DNA of 32,000 nt. Origin: Candidatus Iainarchaeum sp. Lineage in GTDB: Archaea > Iainarchaeota > Iainarchaeia > Iainarchaeales > 0-14-0-20-30-16. The notes beneath the pieces are model-generated. The model was not told the origin of the DNA. It ran no database searches and worked only from the letters and a program-made list of their open reading frames with translations. The DNA is taken from NCBI GenBank assembly GCA_028710695.1, contig JAQTTP010000001.1:150001-182000 (forward strand), written 5' to 3'. This document shows, one piece after another, positions 1-7,285 of the stretch. Each line of letters opens with the position of its first letter. Positions within the stretch are counted from its first letter, which is position 1. The position numbers were made by a program, and so were the translations under genes.

Positions 1-24
1 AAAACAATATAGGAGTTGAATAAA

Positions 25-270
25 ATGAATGGAACAGTAAAATTCTACAATGTAAAGAAGAGATTTGGATTCATAACTGGGGAAGACAGCAAAGATTACT
101 TTGTTCACTTGTCTGGTGTTGAAAAGGGAAATTTTTTAACAGAGAATTCAAAAGTTGAGTTTGAAGTTGAAAACGACGAAAAAGGTCCTAAGGCAGTTAA
201 TGTTAAATTAACAGAACCAAACCCACCAAGAGAAAGAAAGCCAAGAAAGACTGAAGACGAAGAAGAATAA
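25..270 (+). CDS. Cold-shock domain (CspA-like) protein with charged C-terminal tail
   Basis: ORF track 16..270. GTVKFYNVKKRFGFIT and DYFVHLSGV match the RNP1/RNP2-like CSD motifs. AGGAG at 11-15 favours ATG at 25 over TTG at 16. The tail PPRERKPRKTEDEEE extends past the CSD core. Confidence 0.85.
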   Translation: MNGTVKFYNVKKRFGFITGEDSKDYFVHLSGVEKGNFLTENSKVEFEVENDEKGPKAVNVKLTEPNPPRERKPRKTEDEEE

Positions 271-293
271 AATCTAATTTTTTAGATTATGCT

Positions 294-848
294 TTAGAGG
301 GCATTATGCCCTTTATCTTTTTTCATTCTATCCGCAACATTGTATCTCTCGTCATTAGGATAGAATGTGGCGTAATATTTCTGGAATAATCTTGATTTTG
401 TAAACTTTCTTAAATTTGTGGAGATTGCTTTTATCATTTTTGGTATTGCATCGAATTTTGACAAGAACTTTACCATTTTGTCGCCTTTTATTGCTTCGTG
501 TACAATTGCCTGGCCAACAAGGATCTTTTCTGTTTCTGCAAATATCAAGTAAGTTCTATTTATTGCTCCAAAAATAAGCCCAAATGGAAATACAGCAAGG
601 ATATCTAACCAGTGATGTGTGAAGAAGAACCTTACATTTTTTGACCTTTTGTAAATTATGATTAAATCAGTTCCAAATACTACAATAACTAATATGTCAA
701 TAATTTCAAATACAAGTTGCATACCGGGGAGTTTTGTATTACCAAAGATACTATAAAATATTACAAAAATAAGTAGAACAAGAACAAGTGGCATGATTCT
801 GCTGTTTATTCTGTCAACTTTTTTTAAGAAGGGGCTAAGTTCTCCCAT
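294..848 (-). CDS. Multi-pass membrane protein resembling the S1-S4 part of ion-transport channels, without a pore region
   Basis: 184-aa ORF with hydrophobic helices IMPLVLVLLIFVIFYSIF, LVFEIIDILVIVVFGTDLIIIY and HHWLDILAVFPFGLIFGAI (S3-like W-x-x-D-x-x-A-x-x-P). A K/R-dotted segment follows. The protein ends without a pore helix or selectivity filter. Confidence 0.45.
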   Translation of the reverse strand: MGELSPFLKKVDRINSRIMPLVLVLLIFVIFYSIFGNTKLPGMQLVFEIIDILVIVVFGTDLIIIYKRSKNVRFFFTHHWLDILAVFPFGLIFGAINRTYLIFAETEKILVGQAIVHEAIKGDKMVKFLSKFDAIPKMIKAISTNLRKFTKSRLFQKYYATFYPNDERYNVADRMKKDKGHNAL

Positions 849-974
849 ATTTATAATAAAACAAACCTATTTAAGTGATTTTCTATTTATAAACGAGATC
901 CGGCTAGTTTTTTAAGATAATAGCCCCTTATTTTTATAGAATAAATGGTATAAAGGGTGGAGGAGGGGTAAAAG

Positions 975-1133
975 ATGCCAGTAAATTATTCTATTGCAAG
1001 CGGGCCGGGTGCCTGCACATGTGGTGGTTGTGTTCATTATAAGCCATTTCCAGATAATCCAAAGAAAGGAAAATGCTTTAGTAGCGAAGTAGAATGCTCT
1101 GGGCATTGTAAGTTCTTTAGATATAAAAGGTAG
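975..1133 (+). CDS. Small cysteine-rich protein (52 aa, 6 Cys, 2 His), probable metal binding
   Basis: Hand translation: MPVNYSIASGPGACTCGGCVHYKPFPDNPKKGKCFSSEVECSGHCKFFRYKR, stop TAG 1131-1133. Strong GGAGGAGGGG 5-14 nt upstream of the ATG and T-runs downstream. It is below the ORF-track size cutoff. The listed antisense ORF 912..1106 overlaps it. Confidence 0.6.
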   Translation: MPVNYSIASGPGACTCGGCVHYKPFPDNPKKGKCFSSEVECSGHCKFFRYKR

Positions 1134-1147
1134 ATTCCCGCCTTTTT

Positions 1148-1951
1148 TTATTTTTTTGCTAAATAAATCGGAAAAATAAAATCAAGTAGGTAACCTGTTT
1201 TTGTTATCTTAATGTTTTTTGGTTGTACTTTTGATTTTAAAATTATCTTTTGTATTTTTTCTATTTCTATCTTTGTGAAATCATATCTTTCTATGTGTTC
1301 TTTTTCTGTTAGTTTCATATTATTTGACTTGCCAATAAGTTTTAATTCTTTAAAGCCAGCTTTTGAATATAATTCTGAAATACTTTCTTTGGATTGAAAA
1401 TGCCTTTTGCCTATTAGCTTGTTTGAAGCATAAATTTTATCTGCTAAATCTCTGTCTTTATTTGTTGGCATTGCTGCACAACAATTTATGAACAGACCAG
1501 ATTCTGTTAAATGTTTTTTAATGTTTTTTAGCGCCTTGACCTGTAATTTTTCTTTGTAAATATAATCCAAAGAGGAACGCATAATAATTAAATCAAACTT
1601 TGTGCATAGATCACAAGTTAGAATGTCTGCAAGAACTTTTTTTGTTTTTGGATTTTTATTTTCATCTAATTGTTTTTGTGAAATGTCTAATAAGGTAAGT
1701 TCTGACTTTATGTTATGTTTTTTGAGAGAAAGAATTAGTTTTTCTCCTAGGAGACCATTACCGCCTGCAACATAAAGGATTTCAATTTTCTTTTTGTTTA
1801 ATTTTTTTATGTGTGGTAGGCAAGCTTTAATAAAAAGATTAATATTTGTTGTATCTGAAAAATAAGAATTATAAGTTTTATTCCAATTCTTTCCAAGAAC
1901 ATTTTTGTCAGTTTCTAAATTATTCTTGGAAATCTTTGTTATTTTTTGCAT
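1148..1951 (-). CDS. Class I SAM-dependent methyltransferase
   Basis: ILYVAGGNGLLGEKL is a glycine-rich SAM motif I, followed by an acidic LLDIS motif II. Its ATG overlaps the stop of the upstream gene (TAATG on the minus strand). Confidence 0.7.
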   Translation of the reverse strand: MQKITKISKNNLETDKNVLGKNWNKTYNSYFSDTTNINLFIKACLPHIKKLNKKKIEILYVAGGNGLLGEKLILSLKKHNIKSELTLLDISQKQLDENKNPKTKKVLADILTCDLCTKFDLIIMRSSLDYIYKEKLQVKALKNIKKHLTESGLFINCCAAMPTNKDRDLADKIYASNKLIGKRHFQSKESISELYSKAGFKELKLIGKSNNMKLTEKEHIERYDFTKIEIEKIQKIILKSKVQPKNIKITKTGYLLDFIFPIYLAKK

Positions 1952-2484
1952 TAAAATCTTCCTTTAGTCCAAAATTCTTTTGGTAATTTTAATAATATTT
2001 TTCTTAGAACTATATAATCAATGTCTTTTTTTATTACTTCAATAACTTGTTTATCGCGCAAAACTTTTTCACTTGTTCTATTTGTATCTATTATGGTTTG
2101 CAATTTTGTAATATACAATGCTTCTGTGTTCAAACAATTTAAATAAATCTTTTTATATTTTATTTTTTTTGTTTGCTTGAGAAATATTTTTGTTCCGAGT
2201 AAAGATGTATGTACATCGAAAGTAGTATTATTTTTACTTAATCTTACATAATTATGTTCTGAATTTTTGTTATTGCTCTGAAAATCTATTTTCCAATTTT
2301 TGTTTTTGAACTGATCTTTTATTTTGTTTAATAATTCTTTATTTTTTACATAGATGTCTATATCTGCAGAAGTTTCTAAACCAGTTGCCAGATGACTACA
2401 AAAACCGCCGAATATAACATAATCATCAATGTTATCTAATGCTTGTGTAATTTCATCCATTTCTTTTGTAATTCTAGAATCCAT
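1951..2484 (-). CDS. Pol-beta-fold nucleotidyltransferase family protein
   Basis: FGGFCSHLATGLETSADIDIYV fits the G-G-x13-D-x-D nucleotidyltransferase signature. The start was moved to Met40 of ORF 1951..2601 (ATG 2482-2484) because the upstream 39 codons read through a tRNA gene. Confidence 0.6.
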   Translation of the reverse strand: MDSRITKEMDEITQALDNIDDYVIFGGFCSHLATGLETSADIDIYVKNKELLNKIKDQFKNKNWKIDFQSNNKNSEHNYVRLSKNNTTFDVHTSLLGTKIFLKQTKKIKYKKIYLNCLNTEALYITKLQTIIDTNRTSEKVLRDKQVIEVIKKDIDYIVLRKILLKLPKEFWTKGRF

Positions 2485-2486
2485 AA

Positions 2487-2558
<72 letters not shown>

Positions 2559-2564
2559 CTATGC

Positions 2565-2587
2565 CTTTCTTTTTCCAAAAAAGAAAG
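2565..2587 (-). promoter_or_regulatory. A/T-rich palindrome 7 nt upstream of tRNA-Thr, candidate promoter element
   Basis: CTTTCTTTTT-CCA-AAAAAGAAAG, a 10-bp perfect inverted repeat. It has the same offset and core as the element upstream of tRNA-Phe. Confidence 0.4.
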
Positions 2588-2678
2588 CCGTAAGTTCCCA
2601 CAAAGAAAAAGGAACAAACTATATTTTATAATGACAAAAAATTTATATTACAAAGGTTTTATTCTTATGTGATAAGGT

Positions 2679-3107
2679 ATGAATAAACAATTTAGAATCT
2701 ATAAATCTAATTCTCAAAAGAATGGAACTGCGATGTCAGTAGATATAAACAAAGAAAAGCAAAGCATTTTCTTGGAGTTTGCAAAGCAGAAACCAGATGA
2801 CACGTTTGATTGGGAAAAGAAGCTTACAATAAAATTATCTTTGAGCGAACTTGCAAAAGTTTGTGTGTTTTATAGAAATAAAACCGCAGAAGTAACGTTT
2901 TTTCATGATCCTTCTAAAGGAGAATATAAGGCCAGTTTTAAGAACGCTGTTTTGAAAGTATCACGCGGAACTAATAATTATTATTTAAAGTTAAATCAAC
3001 AGGAATTGGACGGAAACCTGAATTCAATTTTGGTTAATGTAACAGAAGAAGAAATGTATTCTTTGTGTTTGATATTTGATAGAATGATTCAAGATAGTTA
3101 TCTTTAG
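2679..3107 (+). CDS. Whirly-like single-stranded DNA-binding protein
   Basis: 142 aa. FDWEKKLTIKLSLSE, FFHDPSKGE, VLKV and VNVTEEE blocks align by eye with plant Why1 (YDWSRKQVFSLSVTE, FFHDPFKGK, VLKV, IPITRAE). AAGG precedes the ATG. Confidence 0.6.
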   Translation: MNKQFRIYKSNSQKNGTAMSVDINKEKQSIFLEFAKQKPDDTFDWEKKLTIKLSLSELAKVCVFYRNKTAEVTFFHDPSKGEYKASFKNAVLKVSRGTNNYYLKLNQQELDGNLNSILVNVTEEEMYSLCLIFDRMIQDSYL

Positions 3108-3431
3108 GTGAATAAAATGAAAAAGTTGAAAGTGCAAAAAGAGTTTATGGATTTTTTAAAAGAGTATAAAATAGTTGCTTTGGCAATTGCGTTTATTATG
3201 GGTGCTGCAGCAACTACTCTGATAAAATCTTTAGTTGACAACATAATAATGCCCATAATAACTGTGTTTATTCCAAGTGGTTCTTGGAAAACAGCAACAT
3301 ATAGTTTGGGGTCAATAGCGATTGGTTGGGGCAGCTTTTTGAGCGAGTTAATAAGTTTTTTTATAATAGCAGTTGTAGTTTTTATTGTTGTAAAAAAAGT
3401 TATGAAAGATGACAAAATCACAAAAGAATAA
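3108..3431 (+). CDS. mscL: Large-conductance mechanosensitive channel MscL
   Basis: FMDFLKEYKIVALAIAFIMGAAATTLIKSLVDNIIMPII matches the MscL N-terminus/TM1 consensus, followed by a second TM and a charged tail. The start may be ATG at 3117 rather than GTG at 3108. Confidence 0.85.
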   Translation: MNKMKKLKVQKEFMDFLKEYKIVALAIAFIMGAAATTLIKSLVDNIIMPIITVFIPSGSWKTATYSLGSIAIGWGSFLSELISFFIIAVVVFIVVKKVMKDDKITKE

Positions 3432-3492
3432 GTTCATTCTGGAATATCCCAAATCTTTGATTTGTGGATATGGTCTGTTTTTGGCAGACCGT

Positions 3493-3511
3493 GCCTTTTT
3501 TCTAAAAAGGC
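3493..3511. terminator. Hairpin with T/A runs between mscL and tRNA-Phe
   Basis: GCCTTTTT-TCT-AAAAAGGC, an 8-bp stem, 4 nt beyond the tRNA-Phe 3' end and 60 nt after the mscL stop. It gives an oligo-T stretch on both strands. Confidence 0.4.
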
Positions 3512-3515
3512 TGGA

Positions 3516-3589
3516 TGGGAAGAGAGGGATTTGAACCCTCGACACTTAGGTCTTCAGCCTAATGCTCTTCCGGACTGAGCTACCTTCCC
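3516..3589 (-). tRNA. tRNA-Phe (anticodon GAA)
   Basis: Hand-folded: GGGAAGG/TCTTCCC acceptor (one G-U), GCTC-AGTCCGGAA-GAGC D arm, TTAGG-CTGAAGA-CCTAA anticodon arm, GAGGG-TTCAAAT-CCCTC T arm, discriminator A. 74 nt, no CCA, no intron. Confidence 0.9.
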
Positions 3590-3595
3590 ACGATC

Positions 3596-3621
3596 CTTTT
3601 TTCTTTTTAAAAAGAAAAAAG
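3596..3621 (-). promoter_or_regulatory. Perfect 26-nt A/T palindrome 7 nt upstream of tRNA-Phe, candidate TATA/promoter element
   Basis: CTTTTTTCTTTTT|AAAAAGAAAAAAG. The TTTTTAAAAA core lies about 15-24 nt upstream of the mature 5' end. Confidence 0.45.
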
Positions 3622-3703
3622 CCTACGTTTGCCAAAAAAGAAAATGGCTTCGCGTAAAACGAAAATAAGTAAGAATAACTAATGCTATTCTGTGTTTATT
3701 GGA

Positions 3704-4345
3704 TTAGTTTGCTTTGAATAATTTGTCCTGCATTTTCTTTACTTCTTCTTGTGAAAGCCTTTTGTGTATCTCTGCAACATACTTCTGTATTAATGCAGAT
3801 AAATCCATGATTCCGTCTTGTAGCTCGTACATTGAAATATCATACTTTTCAGGAGCAATTACCTCTACACTTGTTGGTGTGTAGAAACTAACAAAATAAA
3901 TTAATGTAGAAAAACTTTTTAAAGAAAGTGTTGCATCTATGTAGCCGAAAAACATATTGTCTTGCTCTAAAATTTCGGAAATTTTTGAATCATAAATAGT
4001 GAAATCCTTTTCATTTGTCATCATTTTTTCGATTTTTTCAAGATTCACTCTTACTAGGTCTTTGTCAATTCCTTGCAATTCGATAATTGCTCTTACTTTT
4101 AGTTTATAAGAATCATTCTCAGAGATTTGCTTCCTTTTCTTAACTGTTTCAATAATGTAATCGTCTAAAGTGTACTTTGTTGGGAACCCATCTTGCTTTT
4201 TTATTAAGCCTTGTTTTAGCATGTTATTTAGCTCTTTTGTTACCTGTGCATAGCCAATATCTAGCTGTTTGTTTATATCTTCTGCAGTTTTTGGTTCTGT
4301 AAGCAATAAAACAGCGATTTTTCTCTGCATTTCGGGAATTCTCAT
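3704..4345 (-). CDS. Winged-helix DNA-binding protein with an uncharacterised C-terminal domain
   Basis: N-terminus IAVLLLTEPKTAEDINKQLDIGYAQVTKELNNMLKQGLIKK is ArsR/MarR-like wHTH. The C-terminal ~130 aa has no motif I recognise. It is divergent from the pilin-like genes. Confidence 0.5.
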   Translation of the reverse strand: MRIPEMQRKIAVLLLTEPKTAEDINKQLDIGYAQVTKELNNMLKQGLIKKQDGFPTKYTLDDYIIETVKKRKQISENDSYKLKVRAIIELQGIDKDLVRVNLEKIEKMMTNEKDFTIYDSKISEILEQDNMFFGYIDATLSLKSFSTLIYFVSFYTPTSVEVIAPEKYDISMYELQDGIMDLSALIQKYVAEIHKRLSQEEVKKMQDKLFKAN

Positions 4346-4446
4346 AAAATATCACTAGAAAACTATAGATATTAGGGAGGAGTTACTTTTTTAAATAAGA
4401 ATGGTTTATTATATATGACTCTTATATGACTTTGGAGGTTATAATT

Positions 4447-4947
4447 ATGATTGGACAAAGAGGACAAGCGTTTAGTGTATTTAAGATTTTGATTGCAGCA
4501 ATTGTTGCACTAGCTATTTTGGGATTATTATTGAACATTATGGGATTAATTAGCTTTAACCCTGCAAACGAGCCAGAAACAGCAGTAAAGGACTTAGTTA
4601 AGAAGGCTTATAGTAGCCCATATGCTCCAGCATCAAGTGTTGTAACTTTTAGTTATCCTGATCACTATCAGATAACAAAAGCACAAATAAAAGAAGCAGC
4701 ATCATTAACTGATGAACAAATTGTATTTGTATCTCCTAATTCACAATCAATATCAGCACTATTTAGTGCAGAAGATTTTTCTTTAAAATTGGAAAATAGT
4801 GTAAAGAGTAAAGAAGCGCTTCTTTATGTGATTTGTGGTGCTAACCCAAATGATATTTCACAGAGTGTTCCAGAAGTGTTTGGAAACTTGTCTGCACAAG
4901 ATATTGGGGACGTAGTTTGTTATATCACAGTTGGCCCTAAGAAGTAA
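4447..4947 (+). CDS. Archaeal type IV pilin-like protein (class III signal peptide)
   Basis: MIGQRG|QAFSVFKILIAAIVALAILGLLL is a short basic leader, an RG/Q prepilin-peptidase-type site and a hydrophobic helix. GGAGG lies 9 nt upstream of ATG 4447, which is preferred over 4426. Confidence 0.7.
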   Translation: MIGQRGQAFSVFKILIAAIVALAILGLLLNIMGLISFNPANEPETAVKDLVKKAYSSPYAPASSVVTFSYPDHYQITKAQIKEAASLTDEQIVFVSPNSQSISALFSAEDFSLKLENSVKSKEALLYVICGANPNDISQSVPEVFGNLSAQDIGDVVCYITVGPKK

Positions 4948-4957
4948 GTGATCAAAA

Positions 4958-5149
4958 ATGTTTGAGAATATAAAGGGGTTCCTAAAAGAAAAGAAAGGGC
5001 AGAGTGAGTGGAACACCCTTTATATTGTCCTAATTCTAGCAATCGCAGCAGTTGTGCTAATTGCTGTTGTAAAACCCATGTTTAAAGGCACTACAAAGGT
5101 GGCAAGCAGCCAGCCAGTAGCGGGGACTCCTGCAGCGCCAACTAGCTAG
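4958..5149 (+). CDS. Small class III signal peptide (pilin-like) protein
   Basis: KEKKG|QSEWNTLYIVLILAIAAVVLIAVV fits the KGQ-S-x-E class III signal pattern. 63 aa, directly downstream of the larger pilin-like gene. Confidence 0.65.
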   Translation: MFENIKGFLKEKKGQSEWNTLYIVLILAIAAVVLIAVVKPMFKGTTKVASSQPVAGTPAAPTS

Positions 5150-5246
5150 ACACACTAACCTATTAGTTTATAAACGCCTACTTATACATATATAATTATA
5201 AGTACAAATTGTATTATTTTTAAAAAATAAATTCGGGGGTTGGTAC

Positions 5247-5957
5247 ATGTATACTACTTCTAAAGCTCCAGCAATGGCATATGATAGAGCAATAACTGTT
5301 TTCAGTCCAGAAGGAAAACTTTATCAGGTTGAATATGCAACAAAAATAATCGATAAAGGGACTCCAGCTTTGGCTGTAAAATACAAGGAAGGAATAGTAT
5401 TTTTGGCAGATTTGAACTTCGAGTCAAAACTGCTAGTTTCGGATACTTTGGAGAAAGTATTCAAGGTAGATGACCAAATATACCTTATCTCAGCAGGAAT
5501 GGCTGGAGATGCAAGGAGAATAGTGGAATTCGCTAGAGAAATGATCCAAGAAAATAGGATAATATACGGTGAGCCATTAGAAGTGCCATATTTAGCAAAG
5601 AAAATAGGAAGTATAAAGCAAGCATTCACTCAGTATGGGGGGATGAGGCCTTACGGAGTTTCATTCATAATTGTTGGAAAGGATGAAGATTTCCATATTT
5701 ATGAGACAGAGCCTTCCGGGTCAGTTGCAGAATACAAAGCATTAGCAATTGGAAGAAGTAGACAAAAAGCAATGTCTTTTTTTGAAAAGAATTACAAGGA
5801 AAATATTTCAGAAAAAGATGCAGTAAAATTATGCTTAAATGCATTGAAGCAAATTTATGACAAGGAAAAAATGGAATTGTCAAAAGTAAAAGTGGGAATC
5901 ATAGACGACAAAAAATCAAGGGTTTACAACCTTGAAGAATATTTGTCTAAAAACTGA
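5247..5957 (+). CDS. psmA: Proteasome subunit alpha
   Basis: YDRAITVFSPEGKLYQVEYA is the canonical alpha-subunit N-terminal signature. 236 aa. Confidence 0.95.
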   Translation: MYTTSKAPAMAYDRAITVFSPEGKLYQVEYATKIIDKGTPALAVKYKEGIVFLADLNFESKLLVSDTLEKVFKVDDQIYLISAGMAGDARRIVEFAREMIQENRIIYGEPLEVPYLAKKIGSIKQAFTQYGGMRPYGVSFIIVGKDEDFHIYETEPSGSVAEYKALAIGRSRQKAMSFFEKNYKENISEKDAVKLCLNALKQIYDKEKMELSKVKVGIIDDKKSRVYNLEEYLSKN

Positions 5958-5966
5958 GGGTTTTAG

Positions 5967-6653
5967 ATGGTCACAGTAGATAAGGCTATAGTTGCAAGCC
6001 ATGATAAAAATGGAAAACATTTTGAAATATTAGTGGATGCTGATTTAGCATTAGAAGTAAGAGAAGGAAAGCAAATAGAACAGGTGTTTGGAAACCTGTT
6101 GGCATCAGATGATGTTTATAAAGATGCGGGCAAGGGAGAAAGAGTGCCTTCAAAAGATTTGTTAGATGCTTTTAATACTGAAGAAATGCTTCCAATAGCA
6201 AAAGAAATAATTCTTGATGGAAGAGTGGAATTAACAACAGAACAGAAAAGGAAAAAATTAGAACAAAAGAGAAAAGAAATAATATTGTATATTTCTAAAA
6301 ATGCAATTAATCCTTTGACAAAAACACCACATCCACCACAAAGAATTGAGCTTGCAATTGACCAGGCAAGGGTTACAATAGATCCAACAAAACCAGTAAA
6401 AGCACAGATCGATAAAATAATAGAAAAGATAAAACCTATTTTGCCGCTATCTTTTGACCAGGACGTACTTAGTATGAAAATACCAATAAGTTTTGCAAAC
6501 AAAGTTCTTGGTTTTTTAAGCAAGTATGAAGTTGTAGAAAAAAAATGGAATAGTGATGGATTAAATATCAAAATAAAGATAAGTAGTGGCCTTAAACAAG
6601 AAGTAACAAATAATGTATATGCGGCTACTTCTGGAAAAGTAATGTTTGAATAA
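5967..6653 (+). CDS. SBDS-family ribosome maturation protein
   Basis: HFEILVDADLALEVREGK...VYKDAGKGERVPSKDLLDAFNT matches the SBDS/Sdo1 N-terminal domain. It sits in the conserved position after psmA. Confidence 0.9.
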   Translation: MVTVDKAIVASHDKNGKHFEILVDADLALEVREGKQIEQVFGNLLASDDVYKDAGKGERVPSKDLLDAFNTEEMLPIAKEIILDGRVELTTEQKRKKLEQKRKEIILYISKNAINPLTKTPHPPQRIELAIDQARVTIDPTKPVKAQIDKIIEKIKPILPLSFDQDVLSMKIPISFANKVLGFLSKYEVVEKKWNSDGLNIKIKISSGLKQEVTNNVYAATSGKVMFE

Positions 6654-6669
6654 AAGTGTGGTGTATATT

Positions 6670-7275
6670 ATGAAAGAAATAATTTTTCCCGGGGATGTTA
6701 TTAACGAAAATCTCAAACCTGGATTTGGAACCTATAAAAAAGATGGGAAAGTTTATTCCAAGTATTTAGGAATTTTGTATAAAGACGATGGAATAAAAGT
6801 AATCCCAATAACTGGAAAATATATTCCAAAAGAAAGTGACAATATAATTGGTGTTGTTTTAGAAGAAGATAATTTTGTGTATTTATTGGACATAAACAGC
6901 TACAAACAAGGTGTTTTGTTTAAGAGAGCAAATAGTGCAAAATTATATGATGTTTATTTGATGAGAGTAAACGGTGTAAACGAAGTTAGAGACGTTGAAT
7001 TAGAAGTAATTAGTAAATTAGCAAATGGAGAAGCAGTAAAAGTAAATCCAAAAAAAGTTGCAAGACTTATTGGAAAAAATAAATCTATGCAAACTTTGAT
7101 AGAAACAAAAACAAATACAAAAATCATAATTGGATTAAATGGAATTGTTTATGTAATTGGAAATAATATAGAAAAAGTGAAAGAGATAATAAAATTTATT
7201 GAAGATTACAGTCATGAGGATAATTTGACTAATAAGGTAAGTGAAGTTTTAGATAAAATGAATGTTAAAAAATAA
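6670..7275 (+). CDS. rrp4: Exosome complex RNA-binding protein Rrp4 (S1 + KH)
   Basis: IIFPGDVI...GFGTYKKDGKVYSKYLG...KVIPITGKYIPKESDNIIGVV is Rrp4-like N-terminal/S1, with a KH-like C-terminus. ATG 6670 is preferred over TTG 6646. Confidence 0.9.
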   Translation: MKEIIFPGDVINENLKPGFGTYKKDGKVYSKYLGILYKDDGIKVIPITGKYIPKESDNIIGVVLEEDNFVYLLDINSYKQGVLFKRANSAKLYDVYLMRVNGVNEVRDVELEVISKLANGEAVKVNPKKVARLIGKNKSMQTLIETKTNTKIIIGLNGIVYVIGNNIEKVKEIIKFIEDYSHEDNLTNKVSEVLDKMNVKK

Positions 7276-7285
7276 AGGTGTATAT

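Noticed and set aside
912-1106. 64-aa minus-strand ORF
   Set aside because: It is antisense to a better-supported Cys-rich ORF that has a strong Shine-Dalgarno sequence. Its own sequence is low-complexity and has no signals.
3104-3421. 105-aa ORF antisense to mscL
   Set aside because: The sense strand encodes a clear MscL. The antisense frame is an AT-rich artefact.
3348-3545. 65-aa minus-strand ORF
   Set aside because: It reads through tRNA-Phe and the mscL 3' end, with no RBS or recognisable motif.
6116-6571. 151-aa ORF antisense to the SBDS gene, plus similar antisense ORFs at 5324-5629, 5665-5883, 7212-7460, 7524-7961, 8296-8502, 10671-10925, 11506-11913, 15926-16231, 17413-17968, 18572-18802, 23298-23510, 23740-23952, 24149-24388 and 27739-28014
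   Set aside because: Each lies opposite a gene with strong family motifs. Their F/L/S/I-rich sequences are what is expected from reading K/E/N-rich AT-biased genes backwards.
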